Positions 1 through 10,700 of a stretch of 64,000 bases of DNA are shown piece by piece. Numbering within the stretch: the stretch's first letter is position 1; every line of letters starts with the position of its first letter. The notes beneath the pieces are model-generated. The model was not told where the DNA came from. It worked only from the letters and a program-made list of their open reading frames with translations, and made no database searches. Origin of the DNA: an uncultured Alphaproteobacteria bacterium (GTDB lineage Bacteria > Pseudomonadota > Alphaproteobacteria > Rhizobiales > Xanthobacteraceae); assembly GCA_963758945.1 (NCBI GenBank), contig CAVWXY010000021.1, positions 191,614-255,613 of the forward strand, written 5' to 3'. Position numbers and translations under genes: made by a program.

Positions 1-1
1 T

Positions 2-634
2 GTGGACGTGCTGCCGCGCTTCAAGCCGCACGATCGCCGCTTCGAGGTGCCCGGCGTGGTCAGCGTGATGGCGCTGCCGTTCCGGCCGCTGTCGCGCGCG
101 CCCAATCCGCGTCCCGATCGACCGTTCATCGAGCGCCTGCATGCCTACCTGTCGGCGCGCACGCCACTCGCCACCGAGCTCTACGTCATCGGCTGCGAAT
201 ACGTCCCGCTCGGCGTGTCGGTCGGCGTGACAATTCGCGACGGCTTCGCGCGCGATCAGGTGTTGAACGAGGTACGCCAGGCCCTGCAGCGGCTGCTGTG
301 GCCGTTGCCGCCGGGCGGTGCCGATGCCCAGGGCTGGCCGCTCGGCCGCAGCGTCAAGTCGCGCGAGGTGGAGGTCGAGGTCTCGCGCGTCGCCGGCGTG
401 CGCGAGGTCACCGGGCTCTCGCTGTTCAGGCGCGACGGCAATACCTGGCGCTCGCTGGCAAACGGCACCGACGCAGCCCAAACCCTCGAGCTTGCACCGT
501 GGCAATTGCCGGAGCTGCTCTCCGTCGTGGTGGCCGATGATCCCTCTGGCGCGCCGAGCGTGCTCACCGCCCCACCCAATCCTTACGCCGACCCGGACGC
601 CGTCGCGGTGCCGGTCGTACCCGAGTTGTGCTGA
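2..634 (+). CDS. baseplate J-like protein (Afp11/gp6-like), C-terminal fragment; the gene starts upstream of the window
   Basis: The ORF is open from the window edge. The C-terminal sequence (ELYVIGCEYVPLGVSVGVTIRDGF...EVSRVAGVREV) resembles phage/eCIS baseplate J C-termini. Its stop overlaps the next start (TGATG, 632-636). It is syntenic with the following gpI-like gene. Confidence 0.55.
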   Translation: MDVLPRFKPHDRRFEVPGVVSVMALPFRPLSRAPNPRPDRPFIERLHAYLSARTPLATELYVIGCEYVPLGVSVGVTIRDGFARDQVLNEVRQALQRLLWPLPPGGADAQGWPLGRSVKSREVEVEVSRVAGVREVTGLSLFRRDGNTWRSLANGTDAAQTLELAPWQLPELLSVVVADDPSGAPSVLTAPPNPYADPDAVAVPVVPELC

Positions 635-3420
635 TGGACGCCAACGGACTCCGCTTCTGGTTGCTGGCCGACGGGCGCCATTTCCCGTCGCGTCGCCATG
701 CGGTGTGGGATCGCCATTGCCGCGTGCTGCGGCTGGCGAGCGAGCGCACCCTTCCCGCGCCGGCCGACCTCGGCGCCGCGCTCGCCACCGCCACCAGCGC
801 GCTCGAGCGCGTACCGGGCGCGCTCGATGCACACGGCAGCCTGGCGCGCTGGGTCGACAAGTCCGACGCGGATGGCAACGTGGGCGCCGTGGTGGTCTCA
901 AGCCCGCATCTGCCCGACGCTGTTGTCCGACTGCGGCTGCACGAGCGCCCCACCGATCTCGCCGTCGGCCACGACGGCGTGGTGTACCTTCCGCTAGCCG
1001 ATCGCGTGCTCATGCACGACCTGCGCGGCCGCTGGCCGGACGAGTTGGTGCCGGGCAAAGTTAAAGTTCAAGATGAGGATCAAGATTTCGCGCCATGGCG
1101 CCTTGCCACCGACGCAAATGGCGGCGCCTGGGTGCTCGAGCGCGCCAGCGGCCGGCTGGCAAGGCTGCAAGGCCTGCCGCTGCCGCAGCGGCCGCATGTG
1201 GACTACGCCCACACGACGTTTCGTCCGAGCCCCGAGAATGGACGCCCGCCGACGCTGCGGGTGCTGGAGCATGTGCTCTGGCCGTCCGGCGAGCGGCCGG
1301 TGGCGCTCGCGGCGCATCCGCAGCAGGGCCTCGCATTCCTGTCTTGGACCGATGGCGGGCAGACCTTCCTGCGCCGGCTCGACGCGGAACGCGAGATTCT
1401 GACGGCGCCGGTGGAGCTGACGGGCGCACGTTATGCTTATGCGCTGGCTTGGCTCGACGAAGCCCGCATCGCCGTGCGCCTGCCGGGCCGCCGCGATGCG
1501 CCGGCCTTCGCGCTCGACGACGGCGAAGCCGACAACGCGCGCGCGCCGCTCGGCGAAATCTTTCCGCTCGCCGAGGATGCGGTCGAGGCACCGTTCGTGC
1601 ACCGCCTCGCCGGCCCGCCGCACTATCCGACCGTCGACGGCTCCGAGCCGCTGCACGCGCTGTCCATCGCCAATCTGGCGCGCCACGGCGAGGCGGAGAA
1701 CTTTGCCTCCACGCAAATGCACCTCATCGACAGCGGCAGCCAGGTCACAGTGTGGCACCGCCTCTATGCCGAAGCAGCAATTCCGCCCGGCTCGAGCTTC
1801 ATCGTCTGGCTCGCCGCCACGGCCGAGCCCGCGCCGCCGAGCGAGAACACGGCGTGGTGCGCGCATCGCTTCGGCCGGACAATTCCGCGCCCGGCCGCCT
1901 GGCCCGAGCCGCAGGCTGCGTGGGAAGCGTTGCCGTCCGAGCTGCCGGCCCATCCCGGCCTCGGTCCCTGGCCGAGCGAACGCGACCGTTCCGGCCTGTT
2001 CTCGGTGCTGATCCAGAATCCGCGGCGGCGCGTGCACAGCCTGATTGGGCGCTATTTGTGGGCGCGCGTGGAGCTGTTCGGCGACGGCCGCGTCACGCCG
2101 GAAATCGCCGCGCTGCGCTGCTGGGCGAGCCGCTTCTCGTATCGCGATCGGTATCTGCCGCGGCTCTATCGCGAGCAGCTCTTCGGCGCGCCGGCGCTCG
2201 CGCCGGGCGAGCGCATCGACGATCTCGCCGACACGGAGGCGCTCGCCAACACGCTGGCGCCGCAGCTCGATGCCGGCGGCGCTCCGTCCGCCGCAGTGGC
2301 TGCGCAACTCGCCGGCATCGACCTGCCGCTCGGCCCCATGGCCGAGATCCGTGTCGAGCAACCAGGCCAGGCGTGGCTGCTGCAGGACACGGCAGGGGGA
2401 CGCGCATGGCCGCTGCGGCGCGAAGCCGACGCCATCACGCTGTATCGGCCCGGGGCAACAGCGGCTGACTTTCTCGAGCAATTCCTCTTGAGCTTCGAGG
2501 CGATGCTGACGCCGCTCGAGGATCGGGTGGCGGCGGCGCACCTGTTGACCGATCCGACGAGCGCGCCGGCGGACCGCCTCGACTGGCTCGCAGCGTGGAT
2601 TGGCCTCGCCTTCGATCCGGCGCTGCCGTCGGAGCGGCGGCGCGACTGGCTCGCCGCCGCGCCCCAGCTCGCGCGCCTGCATGGCACCCGACAGGGGCTG
2701 ACGCTCGCGCTCGACATCGCCAGCGGCGGCGGCGTGCGCGTCGGCGAGATCGTCCTCGTTGAAAACTTCCGCCTGCGCCGGCTGCTGGCCACGCTGCTCG
2801 GCGTCGACCTCGCCGACGAAACCGACCCGCTGCTGCCCGGTCTCGCCGTCAGCGGCAACTCGGTGGTAGGCGATACCCTCATCCTCGCCGAGGCCCAGAC
2901 CGCCGAGCTGCTCGCGTTGTTCCGCGAGGAGGTCGCCACCGTGGAGGAGAATGCCGCGGTGCGCGCCTTCTACGAACGCCTCGCGCACCGCGCCACCGTG
3001 CTGGTGCATCGGGGCGTGAGCCCGCAGGATCTCGGCCTGCTGCGCCGCGTGGTTGAGCTGGAGGCGCCCGCCCATGTGGACGTGCGCACCGCCACCGCCA
3101 CGTGGCCGCTCTTGGTCGGCATTGCCAGCTTGGTCGGCGTCGACACCTATCTGGGCCCGCCGCCGCAGCCGCAGCCGGCGCGCACCGATGTGTCGTCGCT
3201 CGGCATGGGCGACTACGTGCTCGGCCCGATCTCGCTCGACCCGCGCCGCACCGGCGGCACCGCGCCGATGCCTTCCGCACCACCGCCGGTGGCCAACGCC
3301 GGCTCCGATTTCACCGTTCAATTCGGCCGCTCGTTCAATCTCGACGCCAGCGGCTCCAGCGCCGCCCCCGGCCGCCGCATCGAAGCCTACCGGTGGATGC
3401 GTCTGCCGCCTGCGACCTGA
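634..3420 (+). CDS. phage tail protein I-like baseplate wedge protein (Afp12 position) with a C-terminal half PKD-like motif
   Basis: ATG 634 overlaps the upstream stop; GTG 628 is an alternative start. An internal segment (DRLDWLAAWIGLAFDPALPSERRRDWLAAAPQLARLHGTRQGLTLALD...VENFRLRRLLATLLGV) matches the P2 gpI / tail_TIGR02242-type domain. The C-terminus reads ANAGSDFTVQFGRSFNLDASGSS...IEAYRW. Confidence 0.65.
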   Translation: MDANGLRFWLLADGRHFPSRRHAVWDRHCRVLRLASERTLPAPADLGAALATATSALERVPGALDAHGSLARWVDKSDADGNVGAVVVSSPHLPDAVVRLRLHERPTDLAVGHDGVVYLPLADRVLMHDLRGRWPDELVPGKVKVQDEDQDFAPWRLATDANGGAWVLERASGRLARLQGLPLPQRPHVDYAHTTFRPSPENGRPPTLRVLEHVLWPSGERPVALAAHPQQGLAFLSWTDGGQTFLRRLDAEREILTAPVELTGARYAYALAWLDEARIAVRLPGRRDAPAFALDDGEADNARAPLGEIFPLAEDAVEAPFVHRLAGPPHYPTVDGSEPLHALSIANLARHGEAENFASTQMHLIDSGSQVTVWHRLYAEAAIPPGSSFIVWLAATAEPAPPSENTAWCAHRFGRTIPRPAAWPEPQAAWEALPSELPAHPGLGPWPSERDRSGLFSVLIQNPRRRVHSLIGRYLWARVELFGDGRVTPEIAALRCWASRFSYRDRYLPRLYREQLFGAPALAPGERIDDLADTEALANTLAPQLDAGGAPSAAVAAQLAGIDLPLGPMAEIRVEQPGQAWLLQDTAGGRAWPLRREADAITLYRPGATAADFLEQFLLSFEAMLTPLEDRVAAAHLLTDPTSAPADRLDWLAAWIGLAFDPALPSERRRDWLAAAPQLARLHGTRQGLTLALDIASGGGVRVGEIVLVENFRLRRLLATLLGVDLADETDPLLPGLAVSGNSVVGDTLILAEAQTAELLALFREEVATVEENAAVRAFYERLAHRATVLVHRGVSPQDLGLLRRVVELEAPAHVDVRTATATWPLLVGIASLVGVDTYLGPPPQPQPARTDVSSLGMGDYVLGPISLDPRRTGGTAPMPSAPPPVANAGSDFTVQFGRSFNLDASGSSAAPGRRIEAYRWMRLPPAT

Positions 3421-3453
3421 TCCGATCGAAACCGCAACCAGAGGAGCACAGCC

Positions 3454-3837
3454 ATGGCTCAATTCAACATCAACCAGGAAGTCGTCACCGACGTGCCGGT
3501 GGTGGAAGTGACGGTGTCGCCGGACAAAGCGCTCCCCATCGGCCGGCAGCGCTTCCAGTTGGTCGTCACCGATAATGCCGGCAACGTGTCGAAACCCGAC
3601 GTGGTGGAAGTCATCGTCGCCGATCAGGACGCGCCCACCGCGGTGCTCAACGTGCCGTCGGTCATCGGCTTCGGGCGGAGCTTCAACATCAGCGGCGAGA
3701 AGTCGTTCGACGTCGGCGGCGGCAAGATCGTGAAATATGCCTGGACTTATCTCGGCCCGTCTCCGGTCGTCGCGCCGCCGCCGATCATCACCACCCCACC
3801 CATCATCTCGCCCGCGCCCACGCCGGTGATCCGCTGA
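3454..3837 (+). CDS. small PKD/Ig-like module protein (second half-domain, then first half-domain, then a Pro-rich tail)
   Basis: AGAGGAG at 3440-3446 precedes ATG 3454. The protein contains RFQLVVTDNAGNVSKPDVVEVIV and then FGRSFNISGEKSFDVGGGKIVKYAW. It is in the same frame as the flanking ORFs. Confidence 0.55.
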   Translation: MAQFNINQEVVTDVPVVEVTVSPDKALPIGRQRFQLVVTDNAGNVSKPDVVEVIVADQDAPTAVLNVPSVIGFGRSFNISGEKSFDVGGGKIVKYAWTYLGPSPVVAPPPIITTPPIISPAPTPVIR

Positions 3838-3846
3838 GATGTGAGC

Positions 3847-4344
3847 ATGGTGCAGTTCGCGCTCAACCAGACGATCGAGACGGCCGAGCCGACGATCACG
3901 GTCGACCCTGGGCTCCCGCTCGGGCAGCACCGGTTTCAGCTCGTCGTCATCGATGCCGCCGGCAACCGCAGCCAGCCGGCGATCGCGGTCGTCGACATCC
4001 AGCGCGCAGTGCCGATAGCCCCCACGCCGGACCTGGTGGCCACTTCGGTGACACCCATCAATCCGGCCGCGGTGACGCCTACGCGGCCCGCCGTCCCGCC
4101 CTCGGTCAGTCCGGTCGTGTCGCCCACGCCGACCCTCAGCCCGCTGGCCTCGCCTCGCTCGACCGTCACGCCGATCGCACCGACGGTGATCCGGTCGGGG
4201 GACGCGGCGCCGATGGTGCCGCACGCGCTGCCGGAATCATCCGACGTGCCGACGAGCGCCCAGCCGCCGCGTAAGTCGAGCGGCTCTGCGAAGAAGCCGA
4301 AGCGATCTCCCAAAAAGCCGCCCCCACCGCGCAAGGAGAAGTGA
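3847..4344 (+). CDS. small PKD/Ig-like module protein with a Pro/Thr/Ser-rich spacer and a polybasic C-terminal tail
   Basis: The N-terminus MVQFALNQ...HRFQLVVIDAAGNRSQP is paralogous to the 3454 ORF. The tail reads KSSGSAKKPKRSPKKPPPPRKEK. GTG 3841 is an alternative start. Confidence 0.55.
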   Translation: MVQFALNQTIETAEPTITVDPGLPLGQHRFQLVVIDAAGNRSQPAIAVVDIQRAVPIAPTPDLVATSVTPINPAAVTPTRPAVPPSVSPVVSPTPTLSPLASPRSTVTPIAPTVIRSGDAAPMVPHALPESSDVPTSAQPPRKSSGSAKKPKRSPKKPPPPRKEK

Positions 4345-4346
4345 TC

Positions 4347-5273
4347 ATGAGCGCCATTTCGCGCCGCCCGGAGGCTGACCCGCTCTATGCGCGGCCGCGT
4401 CCTGAGCGCGCGGCTTATGCCACCGGCATGCTGCTCGATGCGCAGGACTTCGCCGACGAGCAGACCTACCACCGCGGCCGCCTGGCCCGCGGGCTGCTTT
4501 TCGGCGTCGGCAGCGGCACGCTCGCCGGCCTCGCCGTGACGCATCGGCCGGCGACCCAGGATCAAGCGGAGGAGATCCAGGTCGCGCCCGGTATCGCGAT
4601 CGACGGCATCGGCCGGCTGGTGGAGATTCCGCGGCCCGCCTGTCTGCGGCTGGAGCGCTGGTTCACCGGTGAGACGGAGCGCGACGGCGGCGACACCTTG
4701 CGCCGCGCCGCGCAGGGCAATCTCGATCCCCTCGTCGGCCCGCGCGTGCAGCCGCCCGGCGCGCTCCCGGCGCGCGCGGTGGTGGCCGACGTCTATGTGC
4801 GCTTCGTCAGCTGCGAGAACGGGCTGACGCCGAGCTTTGCAGCGGGTCCGTTCGATGCGCTCGACGCGGTGGCGCCGTCGCGCCTGCGCGACGCCTATGA
4901 GCTGCACCTGATCGCGCGCGGCGACGGCCTCGACGTCGACAATCCCGATCCCGCCAAGCGCTTCACCGGCCTGCCCGACCTCGGGCCCGACCTCGCCGCT
5001 ACCGCCGACGTGAACCAGCGCCGCGCCGCGCTGCAAGACTTCGTTCTCAGCTCCTACCCCGTGAGCGGCGTTGCCGGCAGCGCCGACGCGATGGCGCCGC
5101 CCGCCGGCCATCCGCCCGACCTCGATCCCACCGCCGTGTTCCTGGCGCGGGTGCTGATCCCGGTCGGCCCGGGCAATCCGCCGCAGCGCACCAATGAAGC
5201 GGTGTGCATCGACAATTTCAGCCGTCGCATCGTGCCATCGGCGACGTTGCTCGCACGCTGGGTCGGTGCCTGA
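4347..5273 (+). CDS. eCIS-associated hypothetical protein, first of three paralogues sharing an N-terminal motif (Afp13 / fibre position)
   Basis: AAGGAGAA at 4333-4340 precedes ATG 4347. The motif is RPERAAYATGMLLDAQDFADEQTYHRGRLARGLLFGVGSGTLAGLAV. Amino-acid composition looks coding. Confidence 0.5.
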   Translation: MSAISRRPEADPLYARPRPERAAYATGMLLDAQDFADEQTYHRGRLARGLLFGVGSGTLAGLAVTHRPATQDQAEEIQVAPGIAIDGIGRLVEIPRPACLRLERWFTGETERDGGDTLRRAAQGNLDPLVGPRVQPPGALPARAVVADVYVRFVSCENGLTPSFAAGPFDALDAVAPSRLRDAYELHLIARGDGLDVDNPDPAKRFTGLPDLGPDLAATADVNQRRAALQDFVLSSYPVSGVAGSADAMAPPAGHPPDLDPTAVFLARVLIPVGPGNPPQRTNEAVCIDNFSRRIVPSATLLARWVGA

Positions 5274-5317
5274 ACGGGCGCCGGTCAAGCCGGCAGACGA
5301 ATAGAGGAGCGTACGAC

Positions 5318-7709
5318 ATGATCGACTTCACCGCAGGCGCCGCGCGCGAACTGATTGCGCCGGAAGACGTCGACTCGCTGCGGGCTTCCGGCGCCCTGAT
5401 CGAGGATGTGCGCCGCGAGCGGCCACGCTATTTCGACGGCCGCTTCCTGGCGGCCCGCGACCTCATCCGCGATCAGCAATATTTCCTCGCCCGCGAAGCC
5501 GATCTCGGCCAGGCATCGGGCGGCGGCGTTACCGTGGGCCTGCGCGTCGCGCTCGGCCAGGCCGCCGACGAGCTGGTCGTAAGCCGCGGCTATGGCGTCA
5601 CCCCGGCGGGCGAACTCACCCTGCTGCCGCAAGATTTGACCGTGCGGCTCGCCGATATTCCCCTCGCCGAGCAGCTCTCCGCACGCTTCGCGCTGTCGCG
5701 CCGGCCGCAGCCGCCGCTGCGCAACCGTACCGGCCTGTTCGTGCTGGCGCTGCGCCCGGTGGAGTTCACCGCCAATCCGGTCGGTGCCTATCCGACCTCC
5801 ATCACCGGCCAGCGTACCGTTGAGGACGGCGACGTCATCGAGGCCACGGCGGTGGTGCTGGTGCCGTGGACCGACGACAACGCCACCGACGCGCTCGATG
5901 CCCGCCGCGGTCGCGCCGCGCGCGCGATCTTCGTCGAGAACCGGCCGAGCGGCGTGTCGGCCAATGTGCTGCCGCTGGCCATGGTCGCGCTGCAGAACAA
6001 CGTGGTGGTGTGGCTGGACGTGGCCATGGCGCGCCGCGAGCTGGGCGCCGATTTCGCCGACCGGCCGGGCCTTGGCGTCGGCGGCCGGGCGCTGAGGCTG
6101 GCCTATCTGCTGCAGTATTACGGCCATCTCGAGGACGAGCTGCGTCACAATGGCGGTCGCGGTTTTCCGGCTGTCCCGCGCTTCAGCGCGCTGCCGCCGG
6201 CCGGCCCCATGCCGCCCGGCATGATCTCCACGCGCGACTTCACGCAGAACTTCTTCCCCGCCGAGATCGACGCCGAGCTTGCGCCCATCCCCGAGGATGA
6301 GCTCCCCGCCATGGTGGACGAGGCGCTGGGCCTCCCGGCCGTCGACCTGACCGTGCCGCCGGCGCTGCTCGAACTCGACCGCCATGCTGGTGCTGGCGCC
6401 CGTGCCGCGCGCCGAGTGGATTGCCGTCAACAATCGGCTGAACCAGACGGGCAGCACGCCGGCGACGCGCCAGCTCCTGCCGGCTGCCGCCAATCGCCTC
6501 GCCGCGCGCAAGCCGCTCGAGATCCTGCAGCGCCTGCGCCTGCCGTCGCCGCTGCCGGTGCCGGTCGACACCAGCGACCCGGTGCAGCAGGAGTGGGCGC
6601 GCCTCGCCACCTTGCCGAACCTGTGGTTCGTGCGCCGGCGCAACCTGGCGTATCGCGACGATCTCGCGGGACGCTTCGTGCGCTTCGCCGGCCGCGACGT
6701 CGCGGCCGAGGACAGCGTGCGCGCGCGGCTCGAACCCACGGGGCTGCGCCCACAATTCGACGCGCTGGTCGAGCGCGCGCCGCCCAACGTCGCCGCCGAA
6801 GTGACGGCGTTGCTCGCCAGCCCACGCTTTGCCACCTCGCGCGTGCTCACCGCCGCCGCCCTCGGGGACTTGACCCGCATCGGCCAGCTCGATCGTGCAT
6901 CGGTGCTCGCCGCGTCGGCGCGCTTGACCGCGTCCGGCGTGGGCGACGGCTTGCTCCGCCTCGAGCGCAGCCAGGGCGACGTGCTGACCTCGCCCGAGGC
7001 GCTGAGCAAAATCGCCGCGACGCCCGATTGGCGCAACACCGACGCGGCGGCGCGCGCCGCGAGCGAGAGCACCGTGCCGACGCTCGCCGCGTCCTTGGCA
7101 GGCCGGCCGGTCTTGACCGGGCCAAGTGCGCCGACGGCCCCCGCACCAACCCCAGCCGCACCAACGCCAGCAGCACCAGCGCCCGCCGCACCTGGGCCGG
7201 TCACCACCGCGCCCGCAACACCGACGCCGTCACCCGCGACACCTCGGCCAACGGCACCCACGGCGCCGACGCCGGCGACGCCCACGACAGCGCCGACGAC
7301 CGCGCCGACCGCGCCGCGACCCACTCTGACAACGCCGGTGTCACCCACCGTGACAACGCCGGTTTCACCGGCACCGACCACGCCCACGGCCCCGCGGCCT
7401 ACCGTGACGGCACCGGTTTCGCCCGCCGTGACGTCGCCCGTTTCACCCACGCCCGTCGTGACGGGGCCGCTTTCACCCAGAGTCACCGTCACGGCGCCCA
7501 TCACACCGACACCCACCGTGACGCCGACCGCAACGACAAGGCCGACTCTCACCACCCCCGTTGCACCAACGCCCGCGGTCACGACCGCGCCCTTGGCGCC
7601 GCGCTCGGCGGTGGCGCCGAAGGAAGAAGCAGCGAAGAAGCGGAAGTCGGCCTCGAAGAAGAAGCGCACCGCAAAGCGCAAGCGCAGCCCTAGACAGCCG
7701 GAGAGATGA
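5318..7709 (+). pseudogene. fibre-position paralogue 2; reading frame broken (+1) near 6377. The break could be a sequencing error, recoding or decay.
   Basis: AGAGGAG at 5303-5309 precedes ATG 5318. The 5' part is credible in frame 2 up to ...PPALLEL (6376). Beyond that, frame 2 turns into Arg/Ala/His-rich junk with no stop until 7693. Frame 0 (open from 6351; ORF-track ORF 6384-7709) gives credible protein (LVLAPVPRAEWIAVNN...) that ends in a PT-rich region and a polybasic tail. Confidence 0.5.
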
Positions 7710-7710
7710 C

Positions 7711-10700
7711 GTGACCATCAAGCCGATCGATCAGCCGTTGCCCGGCGAGCAAGTCGTTGCGCTGTCGCCGGAGAGCGCCGCCGAAGCGGCCACCGTCTGG
7801 CTCGCGCGACCCAATCTGTTCCCCGGCCGCGCCCTCACGGCGCCGACGCTGCAACGGCGGCAGCGCTGGCAGGCCGGCCGCCTGGCGCTGCGCGGACAAC
7901 GGCTGACCGCCGGCGTCGTGCAGGGGCTCGAAGTCGGATACGACGTCGTGCCGCTGCCGGCCGGCGGAGGGCCCGACATCACGCTCGCCATCGCGGCTGG
8001 ACGCGGCCTCGCGGTGAGCGGCGAAGACGTGGTGCTGCCGCAGCCGGTGGAGATCCATCTGCGCGACCTGCCGGTGTTCGCCGAACCGTCGGTCGAGGCC
8101 GGCCTGCCGCCCGAGCCGGTACCGGCCCCGCCCCCGCCCGATCCGGTGCCGGCTCCCCCGCCACCCGAAGACGTGCCACCGCCGCCCCGACCGGAAGATA
8201 CACTCCGCGTCGGCGCGGGCGATACCACCGGAGCTCCAGCGCCGCCCGATGATGTTCCGCCGCGCCCCGGCGATGAGGACGGCGGTGGCGGCACCGGCAC
8301 CGGCGAGTTGCGCGCCCGCGCCTTCCTGCGGCGAAGGCTCGGCGCACTGCTCGCCGCCGCGCCCAACGCGCTCCCCGGCGTCGGCGTGCTGGTGCTGCAG
8401 CCGATTACGCTTGATCGCCTCGGCGAGTTCGATCCTACCGATCCGTGCGAGCTGGGCTTCGGCGAGGTCGGAGACAACTCCTCGTTCGAGGACTGGCGCA
8501 TCGCCGACGGCGTGCGTCTCGCCTGGTACGCCTGGCCGCTCGAATGGCGGCCGCTGCCGGCAGCTGGGCCAACGCAACGCAACGCGCTCGCATGGACGAT
8601 TTTCCAGGCCGAGGCCGCTTTGCCGCCCGGCGCCGTGCTGCCATGGGAGCAGCTCGGCGTACCCGTGGCGTTGATCGCGCTCGATTCGCTGCAGCTGCAG
8701 CCGATATTCATCGACCGCGCCAGCGTGGTGCGTCTCGGCGGCCGCGCGCGCGACCCGCGTCTCGCGCTCGGCGCCAAGCCTTCGGCCGAGTGGCGCCGCG
8801 CGCCGCTGTGGCAGGCGCAGATCGAGCAGCTGGCGGAGCAGATCGCCGATGCCGGCGATCCGCCGCCGCCCGCCGCCACGCTGGCGGAGGCCTTTGCCCG
8901 GTTGCCGCCGGCCGGTCTGTTGCCGACCAACGCCATCGATCTCGGCGTTCTGCCGCTGAACGATGCGGTCGAGACGCTGCACAGCGATTTCTTTCCCGAC
9001 ACCTTCGAGCTCGACGCCGTGCCGGTGCCGATCGAGAGCCTCGACCTCGCCGTGCGTGAAGCGGCCTCGCTCGCGCCCGTCGAAATGAGCCAGGCCGAGC
9101 GTGTGCGCGTGCTGGTGCCGGTGCCGCAGGCGGTCTACGAGCCGCGTCTTTTGCAGGAAGAGGTGATCGACCCCGAGTTCCAGGCCACGCTCGATCGTTT
9201 CCTGCTTGCCCGCGCGCGGGCGCTCGGCGCGCGCCAGGGCTTGCGCGCCAAGCACTCGCGGCTGGTGCAGCTCGCCACCGGCCGCGCGCTGCCGGTGCCG
9301 AGACCCGAGGAGGATGCGCAGGCGCTCGAAGCCGAGAGCTTCGCGCCGTGGGGACCGCCGCCCGCCGGCGGCGGCCATCGCGGGCTGCTCGCGCCGGGCC
9401 TGCATCAGCACTTCTTCCGCAACGCGACAGCACGGCTTTCGCTCGGTGTCGGCGACGGGCTCTACGCGTGGGTCTATCTCGATCCCGATCATCCGCCGCG
9501 CGCCTTGATGCTGCAGTGGCATGACGGCGAGAGTTTCGACCATCGCGCCTACTGGGCGGCGGCCGACGACGAAGCACTGATCGCCACCGATATCGACGGC
9601 ACGCCGCTCACGGTCGTGCGGATGGGCGACCTGCCGGAAGCCGGCCAGTGGTTGCGACTGGAGGCGCCGGCGCAAAGCATCGGCCTCGGTGGTGCGGAGC
9701 TCAGCGGCATGAGCTTCACGCTCTATGACGGCCAAGCGGCGTTCGGCGAGACCGGCGCCGTGAACGCCGACAGCGTCGCTGTGCCGTGGTTTTCCAACGT
9801 GCTGCCCCAGGGCGCCGAGCTCGACCTGTCGGATCCCGGCGTCGATCCCTGGACATTTCTCACGCCCAACGATCTCTACGCGCCGTTCGAGCCTCCGTTC
9901 GGGCTCGAGGTCGACCCGGACGAGAATGGCGCCCTGGGACGCAGCACGATCATCGCTGCGCTCAAGGCGGATTCCGCGCTCGCCCCGTTGACGGTGACGG
10001 AAGGCAACGTCACCGGCGGCGTCCTTTCGCCGGCCGAGCTGCAGCAGCTCGACGCACGTGGGCTCGACGGCTTCATCGCCTTCCTGAAGTCGCGCGCCGA
10101 CCGCGCCGACGACATCGTCGACTACGGCTTCGTCAAGGTGCAGACCGACACCTATCGCGTGCGGCAGCTGATCCTCGGCACCACCGCCGCCACGCGGCTG
10201 GCCATCTCGCCCACGTTGGCGACGATCGCCCAATCGGAAACCGCGGTCGCGTCGCAGGAGCGGATCGCCAGCTTCTTCGACGAGCTCAAGACTGCGCCGA
10301 CTGTGCGCGCCGCGGCGTTCGGCGGCACCGCCCCGACCGCGCCCCCCACGGCAGCCGTTTCGGTCGCCGGGCCCATCACCGGCGCAGGCCTCACGAGAGC
10401 CGGCCTTACCGCCGCGCGTGTCGTTCAACCGACGTCGATTTCCACCGCGGCGCTCGATATCGGCGTCACCATCCGCGACGAAGCCTTCGCCAGGGCTCCG
10501 CTCGCCGACCGCACCACCATTATCGACCGCGAGGTGGAGGTGGTGAGGCCCATCCGCGTGGTCGAAACCAAGCCGCCCACGCCCACGCCGCGCGACGTGA
10601 CCGAAGTGGATCCGCTGATCGGCAAGGCGCTGATCCGCACCACCAGCATCGCGCAACGGCTCGAGGAGCCCAAGGCGCTCAACGCCAAGAACTACTCCAC

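Noticed and set aside
3418-3837. Selenocysteine decoding of the two in-frame TGA codons.
   Set aside because: I could not see a SECIS-like hairpin directly 3' of either TGA, and the context is not a redox active site. Readthrough or a split domain remains possible (reported as a finding).
994-4224. A 1076-aa ORF on the minus strand. Similar giant antisense ORFs lie at 7690-10869, 14284-16701, 16711-19014, 20431-22248, 42930-44522, 44534-46240, 51911-54490 and 58399-59982.
   Set aside because: Their translations are Arg/Gly/His/Asp-rich with no motifs. They mirror well-supported genes on the other strand, so they are typical shadow ORFs of high-GC DNA.
7116-7600. Degenerate short tandem repeats, considered as a possible CRISPR array or VNTR.
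   Set aside because: There is no constant repeat with unique spacers. The periodicity simply reflects in-frame Thr/Pro/Ala codon repeats in a protein linker.
5204-7693. Reading 5204-7693 as one intact 829-aa gene.
   Set aside because: After about 6377 the translation becomes Arg/Ala/His/Asp-rich junk, while the +1 frame gives credible protein. The stretch upstream of ATG 5318 also lacks support (the SD sits just before 5318).
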